Origin: a virus
Taxonomy: Duplodnaviria; Heunggongvirae; Uroviricota; Caudoviricetes
Length of the DNA: 42,114 bases
Strand: one strand, 5' to 3'
IMG/VR virus record: IMGVR_UViG_2561511241_000009
Coordinates: 1 to 42,114 of that record
Shown: positions 37,109 through 42,114 of the stretch, one piece after another
How the letters are laid out: the number at the start of each line of letters is the position of its first letter
Numbering within the stretch: position 1 is the stretch's first letter
Notes under the pieces: generated by a model
Seen by the model: the letters and a program-made list of their open reading frames with translations, nothing else
Database searches by the model: none
What the model was told of the DNA's origin: nothing
Made by a program: the position numbers and the translations under genes

Positions 37109-37261
37109 ATGCAGTGGAAAATCATCAACGGTTGGTACTGCGTTACTGCATGCGGATTCATGAGCTGGAAGTTCCGCACCTTACAGGAAGGCATTAAGTG
37201 GGCTTTCGTCAGCAAAGAAGCTCGCGATGTGGCCAACGATAACGAGATATGGGAGGGCTGA
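37109..37261 (+). CDS. hypothetical small protein (50 aa)
   Basis: GAGG RBS; Trp/Cys-rich; first gene of rightward operon; below ORF-track size cutoff. Confidence 0.4.
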   Translation: MQWKIINGWYCVTACGFMSWKFRTLQEGIKWAFVSKEARDVANDNEIWEG

Positions 37262-37263
37262 TA

Positions 37264-37563
37264 ATGAACGTTAATCAGCAGAAAAATCTTCAAAAAATCA
37301 TGCTGGCATTCGACAAGGACTACCGCCTGTCAGAACAGCTATATGACCGACAAGTTGAACTGATTGAGAGTATCCGGCTTCATCAACTGGCATCAACTTT
37401 CGACGTTGTAACAGTTAAAGGCGTTCGCCAGGAAGTACTGGAGGCCGCTAAAGACAGCCCTGAGTTCGAAGAACTAATGGATGCCTACCGGCGCGAGGCA
37501 ATGGCAATTATCGCCCGCTGGGATCTGGCTGATCAGATTGATGGGCAGAGGGACGCGGCATGA
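37264..37563 (+). CDS. hypothetical protein (99 aa)
   Basis: GGAG RBS before ATG 37264 (track ORF extends to 37249); ATGA overlap with next gene. Confidence 0.45.
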   Translation: MNVNQQKNLQKIMLAFDKDYRLSEQLYDRQVELIESIRLHQLASTFDVVTVKGVRQEVLEAAKDSPEFEELMDAYRREAMAIIARWDLADQIDGQRDAA

Positions 37564-38381
37564 ATCCGGGAATTTATTTCGATATCAGCAACGAGGACTA
37601 CCACGCCGGTGACGGCGTGAGTAAGTCGCAGCTAGATATGGTGGCTAAGAACCCTGCCCTTCTGAAATGGGTGAAGGCTGCTCCGGAAGACGAAGAGAAG
37701 AAGTCTGCACTGGATATGGGTACTGCTCTGCACTGTCTGCTTCTGGAACCTAGAGAGTTTGACAAACGCTTCATCGTTTCACCGAAATTCGATCGTCGGA
37801 CAAAACAAGGTAAAGCTGACGAAGAGGCATTTATTCGTGATGTAGCGGATATGGGGATTTCGGTACTTGATGCAGAGCAGTGGCGAAAACTGGAGCTGAT
37901 GCGTGATAGCGCAATGGCTCACCCGGCGGCACGCTGGATGCTGGAAGCACCTGGTTACTGCGAAGCATCAATGTACTGGAACGATGAAGAGACGGGTGAG
38001 TTGTGCCGAATTCGTCCAGACAAATGGCTGAACGAGCACAACGTAATCGTCGACGTGAAAAAGGTTGCAGATATGGATCGTTTTGCTCGCCACATCGAGG
38101 AATTCCGCTACCACGTGCAGGACGCAATGTACCGTGAAGGCGCAATGAGGGTTACTGGTCAGCCGCATGGTTTTTTCTTTCTTGCCGTGAGCGAAAGCAT
38201 TGATTGTGGTCGGTATCCGGTACGCGTGTTCGAGCTGGATGCGAAGGATGTCGATACCGGGCACGCTCTGTTCCGCCGGGATCTGAATACCTATCACGAA
38301 TGCCGCATCAATGATGAATGGGGTGGCGTGGAAATTATTAAACGCCCTGACTGGGCACGTAAACAGGATATGTACATATGA
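37560..38381 (+). CDS. RecE-like PD-(D/E)xK exonuclease (DUF3799-type)
   Basis: GIYFDISNEDYHAG N-terminus and candidate catalytic D/E-x-K residues (IVDVKKV); translationally coupled to RecT-like gene. Confidence 0.55.
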   Translation: MNPGIYFDISNEDYHAGDGVSKSQLDMVAKNPALLKWVKAAPEDEEKKSALDMGTALHCLLLEPREFDKRFIVSPKFDRRTKQGKADEEAFIRDVADMGISVLDAEQWRKLELMRDSAMAHPAARWMLEAPGYCEASMYWNDEETGELCRIRPDKWLNEHNVIVDVKKVADMDRFARHIEEFRYHVQDAMYREGAMRVTGQPHGFFFLAVSESIDCGRYPVRVFELDAKDVDTGHALFRRDLNTYHECRINDEWGGVEIIKRPDWARKQDMYI

Positions 38382-39319
38382 GCAACAACATCGCAAACAT
38401 CAACGCACCAGTAGACACAGCAATCGCTGGCACTGCTGCAACTATTTTCAGCCCAGACGGCTTGAACCAACTGATGAAATTCGCCGAGGTAATGGCGCAA
38501 AGCCGCGTAACGGTACCGGCGCACCTCGCCGGGAAACCAGCTGATTGCATGGCCGTGGCAATGCAGGCTGCGCAGTGGGGAATGAACCCGTTTGCCGTGG
38601 CTCAGAAAACCCATGTTGTGAACGGCACGCTAGGTTATGAAGCCCAATTAGTAAACGCAGTTATCTCAACAATGTCGCCAACAAAAGATCGCATCAACTA
38701 CGAGTGGTTCGGGCCGTGGGAACGCGTGATCGGTAAGTTTGTTGAGAAAACATCCAAAAACGGCAATCCGTATATCGCACCAGGCTGGACTATAAAAGAC
38801 GAAGAAGGCTGCGGTGTTCGCGTATGGGCAACCATGAAGGGAGAGGATCAACCTCGAGTGCTCGAGTTAATGCTGTCTCAGGCACAGGTAAGAAACTCCA
38901 CACTTTGGGCCAGCGATCCGAAACAACAACTCGCATACCTTGCGACAAAACGCTGGTCTCGCTTGCACTGTCCTGACGTAATCATGGGCGTCTATACACC
39001 TGACGAATTACAGGAAACGGCACCGCGCGTTGAGCGAGACATTACTCCGCAAACAACTACGGCTGCGGGAATTAATAGTCTGATCAACGCTAAAACAGTG
39101 AAAAAGCCTGATGAGCAAACGCGTAAAGCGGATAGCCGTGATCCAGAAGAAATGCTGATGGCCTTTACCAGCGCAGCGATGAATTACAGCACTGTCTCCG
39201 AACTGGATAAGGCTTACAAATACATTGCACAAAAACTTTCAGATGATGACGAACTGCTGGCAAAAGCCACCGACGTTTACAGCGTTCGTCGGGAAGAATT
39301 AAACGAAACATCTATGTAA
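38378..39319 (+). CDS. RecT-like single-strand annealing protein
   Basis: Follows exonuclease with overlapping start; composition and size fit RecT/Sak-type proteins; assignment from memory. Confidence 0.5.
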   Translation: MSNNIANINAPVDTAIAGTAATIFSPDGLNQLMKFAEVMAQSRVTVPAHLAGKPADCMAVAMQAAQWGMNPFAVAQKTHVVNGTLGYEAQLVNAVISTMSPTKDRINYEWFGPWERVIGKFVEKTSKNGNPYIAPGWTIKDEEGCGVRVWATMKGEDQPRVLELMLSQAQVRNSTLWASDPKQQLAYLATKRWSRLHCPDVIMGVYTPDELQETAPRVERDITPQTTTAAGINSLINAKTVKKPDEQTRKADSRDPEEMLMAFTSAAMNYSTVSELDKAYKYIAQKLSDDDELLAKATDVYSVRREELNETSM

Positions 39320-39368
39320 CCACCACCGCGGCGCCACGCGCGCCGCACTGCAACCAAGAGAGGTATTT

Positions 39369-39617
39369 ATGAAAGGTGCATTAGGTAAGAAGGAACTCCT
39401 GGCGGTGGTGCCACTGTCATGGAGCACTATCGACCGTATGGAGCGCGCAGGGGAATTTCCTAAACGCTGGTATATCACTGACAAACGCTGCGCATGGAAC
39501 CGTGACGAAGTTGAGCGTTGGCTTGATGAACGTCAGGCAGCAAGCCCGGCAGAGTTCCAAGGTAAAAAGCCTCCTGTTCAGCAACGTGTATATCGTCCTG
39601 TGAGCAACGCTGCATGA
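39369..39617 (+). CDS. AlpA-family HTH regulator / excisionase-like
   Basis: 82 aa; LSWSTIDRMERAGEFPK pattern typical of AlpA/Xis-like proteins. Confidence 0.55.
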   Translation: MKGALGKKELLAVVPLSWSTIDRMERAGEFPKRWYITDKRCAWNRDEVERWLDERQAASPAEFQGKKPPVQQRVYRPVSNAA

Positions 39618-39726
39618 GTGCGCTGCTAAGGCACTGGAGCAAATGGTCAGGATGGTACTTATTCCTGGCCTCTGTTTCAGCATGGCTTTATCTGCTGGCA
39701 TTAATTTTCAGAGAGGGTTGGATTAA

Positions 39727-40026
39727 GTGAGAAAGTTAAGCCGACTTGAAAAATATCACATGAACAAGGTTTCAATGCGCAGTCCGTCAAAGATTGTCGC
39801 CGTTACTCCTGCGGCGATAGAGATCGAAAAACGCGCGATTGAAAGAGAGAAAAAAGGGCAGTTCCGCATTGCCGCTCACCTTTGGCTTCAGTGTATGGAT
39901 GTTGCTTCTGGTGATGTTGAGCGTGCAAGGATCGCGGTTCGCAGGGACCAATGTATCACAAAAGGTAACGGCCTTCGCCGTGGCGACTATAGCGGCATAG
40001 GATGTTGTGGGGTGGTTTATGACTAA
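39727..40026 (+). CDS. hypothetical protein (99 aa)
   Basis: ORF overlapping the methyltransferase start; no family recognised. Confidence 0.35.
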   Translation: MRKLSRLEKYHMNKVSMRSPSKIVAVTPAAIEIEKRAIEREKKGQFRIAAHLWLQCMDVASGDVERARIAVRRDQCITKGNGLRRGDYSGIGCCGVVYD

Positions 40027-40669
40027 GAAATACACACTAATCTATGCAGATCCACCCTGGGTATACCGGGACAAAGCCGCAGATGGTAATCGCGGTGCCG
40101 GCTTTAAATATCCTGTTATGAGTGTGCTGGATATCTGCCGCCTTCCTGTGTGGGATTTGACCGCTGAAAACTGTCTGTTGGCCATGTGGTGGGTGCCAAC
40201 ACAACCACTCGAAGCACTAAAAGTTGTTGAAGCCTGGGGATTTCGTCTGATGACGATGAAGGGCTTCACGTGGATAAAATGTGGTAGCCGACAACCAGAT
40301 AAACTGGTTATGGGTATGGGACACATGACTCGCGCCAATAGTGAAGATTGCCTGTTTGCGGTAAAGGGAAAACTACCTACGCGCATTAATGCAGGGATCG
40401 TTCAGTCATTTACCGCACCGCGGCTTGAGCATTCAAGAAAACCAGATATCGTTCGTGAAAAACTTGTGCAATTGTTAGGCGATGTTTCTCGCATTGAACT
40501 GTTCGCCCGCCAGTCGTCTCATGGCTTCGATGTTTGGGGTAATCAGTGCGAAGACCCGGCAGTGCAACTACATCCTGGATACGCGTTGGATATTGGCGGA
40601 TTAACAAATGCATTCAGCAATGCTCCGCTGTCACCAACAGACAACCAGGGGCGGGAGCGTGCAGCATGA
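40019..40669 (+). CDS. MT-A70-family DNA N6-adenine methyltransferase
   Basis: DPPW catalytic motif (LIYADPPWVY); GGGGTGG RBS before ATG 40019 (track ORF extends to GTG 40007). Confidence 0.8.
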   Translation: MTKKYTLIYADPPWVYRDKAADGNRGAGFKYPVMSVLDICRLPVWDLTAENCLLAMWWVPTQPLEALKVVEAWGFRLMTMKGFTWIKCGSRQPDKLVMGMGHMTRANSEDCLFAVKGKLPTRINAGIVQSFTAPRLEHSRKPDIVREKLVQLLGDVSRIELFARQSSHGFDVWGNQCEDPAVQLHPGYALDIGGLTNAFSNAPLSPTDNQGRERAA

Positions 40670-40860
40670 ACAGGGCATCACCAGCAGATTTAAGGAAATG
40701 CCTTGAAACTGCAAACATGCTTGCACACAGCGGGATCAGGTTTGTTCCAATTCCCGCTGTCACTGATGCTGAATTTGCAACGCTGTCAGCAATATTCGCA
40801 GACAAAATTGAATCACTGGCAGCAGAAGCCGAGATGGAAGAAAATCAGCAGAATAATTAA
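40666..40860 (+). CDS. hypothetical small protein (DUF1382-like, 64 aa)
   Basis: ATGA start/stop overlap with methyltransferase gene. Confidence 0.4.
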   Translation: MNRASPADLRKCLETANMLAHSGIRFVPIPAVTDAEFATLSAIFADKIESLAAEAEMEENQQNN

Positions 40861-40863
40861 ACG

Positions 40864-42114
40864 TTATTCCCCCGCCATCCACTTCTCAAACTTCGACGGG
40901 GAGAACGGAATCAGATCCGTATGCTCCCCGTTAATCCAGGAATCAATCATATCGGCCCACTGCTGCAACATGTAGGCGCGCTGTCTGGCGTATTCCGCTT
41001 TGTTATATACGGCGCGCACACCTTTCTGCTCATGTGCCAGAGCCTTTTCAATCCAGTCTGAAGGATAACCAGCCTCATGCAACAACGTACTGGCTGTACG
41101 GCGCATATCATGTACAGTGAAGTCCTGAATATGCTCACCATCTTCATTTATTATTTTCACCGTTCTGTCGATCAGAGAGTTCAGCGCGGCATTAGATAAT
41201 GGCTTCCGGAAATTGTAACGACCAGGAACCAGATATTCACTTCCACCAGCGCACATCTGCAACCCGATTAATATATCCTGTGCCTGTTTAGGCAGGTAAA
41301 TAACGTGCGCCCGACTTCCCTTCATGCGGTCTGAAGGAATTGTCCATGTCCATTTTTTAAAATCTATTTCATCCCACGTTGCATTGGTGAATTCGCCTTT
41401 ACGAACCATAGTGATAAGCACCAGCTTTAAAGCCATTTTCATAGTGCCCATAGCACCAATGGCATCCAGCATACGGAAGAACAGACCAATTTCTTCTGGT
41501 GTCAGTGTTCGCTCTCGTGGTTTAAATATGGCGATAGACGAAGGTTTAATGTCAGCCGCAGGATTAAACAAACCATGACCACGGTCATTGGCGTGACGGT
41601 ATACGCTGCTGATGATCTCCCTGGCCTGTACTGCTGTTGCCCGGCCACCGCGTTCGACAATCCGGTCACATAAATCACGAACCATCGATGTGGTAATTTC
41701 AGCCATCATTTTGTTGCCAAGAACCGGAAGTATGTCACGGTCGATCACCGCCTGTTTCATTGCGCGGGTACTGTCAGCCAGGATGACGTGTTTCATATAA
41801 CTGTCGGTATGTACCGCAAACGTCTCGGCACCACGAATCTTTTTGATACCGTCACGTTTAGCCGCAGCCGGTGACTGGCCTGCTTTAAGCAGCTTCTTTG
41901 CAGCAATCAGTTCTTCCCGCGCTTCTGCCAGGCTGATACCGTCACGCCCATACTGCCCGATTACCAGTGTTTCGCGGCGACCGTTGATACGGTAGTCATA
42001 GCGAAATGAGACCGTACCTGACGTAAGCACAGCTACATACAGCCCGTCACGATCGGAGACTTTGTACAGTTTGTCCTGCGGCTTGAGGTTTTTTAATTTT
42101 GTATCGGTAAGCAC
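40864..42114 (-). CDS. tyrosine integrase, P4-type (N-terminus at window edge, possibly incomplete)
   Basis: N-terminus LTDTKLKNLKP...YKVSDRDGLYVAV; C-terminal catalytic region with HDMRRT...AHEQKGVRAVY; first codon in window is GTG. Confidence 0.85.
   Translation of the reverse strand: MLTDTKLKNLKPQDKLYKVSDRDGLYVAVLTSGTVSFRYDYRINGRRETLVIGQYGRDGISLAEAREELIAAKKLLKAGQSPAAAKRDGIKKIRGAETFAVHTDSYMKHVILADSTRAMKQAVIDRDILPVLGNKMMAEITTSMVRDLCDRIVERGGRATAVQAREIISSVYRHANDRGHGLFNPAADIKPSSIAIFKPRERTLTPEEIGLFFRMLDAIGAMGTMKMALKLVLITMVRKGEFTNATWDEIDFKKWTWTIPSDRMKGSRAHVIYLPKQAQDILIGLQMCAGGSEYLVPGRYNFRKPLSNAALNSLIDRTVKIINEDGEHIQDFTVHDMRRTASTLLHEAGYPSDWIEKALAHEQKGVRAVYNKAEYARQRAYMLQQWADMIDSWINGEHTDLIPFSPSKFEKWMAGE

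Larger units (their letters stand above)
4179..42114. mobile_element. temperate podovirus-type prophage (left boundary approximate; right end at or beyond window edge)
   Basis: Continuous phage gene content from lysis cassette (4311) to integrase (to 42114); host genes end at yfgI terminator. Confidence 0.8.

Overview
The window is a short stretch of E. coli-type chromosome followed by a large temperate prophage that runs to the window end. Host part (1-~4180): the right end of an IS1 copy inserted into the 3' end of a MASE1/GGDEF-like/EAL gene (pdeF/yfgF-like), then yfgG, yfgH and yfgI-like genes and a terminator. Prophage part (~4.2-42.1 kb, >=38 kb): lysis cassette (two holin-like proteins, GH19 endolysin, Rz with embedded Rz1), an AT-rich tailspike, an SOS-controlled antirepressor locus, an AT-rich cargo island, a podovirus-type virion module (three large internal-core proteins, tail tubular A/B-like proteins, capsid, scaffold, portal), a phage tRNA-Arg(UCU), terminase, a lambdoid early region (Cro-like, O-like gene with internal iterons, P-like loader, nuclease-fold/DUF genes), a tandem-HTH repressor flanked by operator clusters, a RecE/RecT-like module, AlpA-like regulator, MT-A70 methyltransferase and a P4-type integrase at the window edge. 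The most notable signal is a 17-bp palindrome (A/T)TTACC-N5-GGTAA(T/A) at 12 intergenic sites, which I read as the repressor's operator, together with a near-consensus LexA box in front of a stand-alone antirepressor-domain gene. All protein calls rest on motif-level reading and memory of protein families; no database search was run. The prophage ends (att sites) cannot be fixed from this window.
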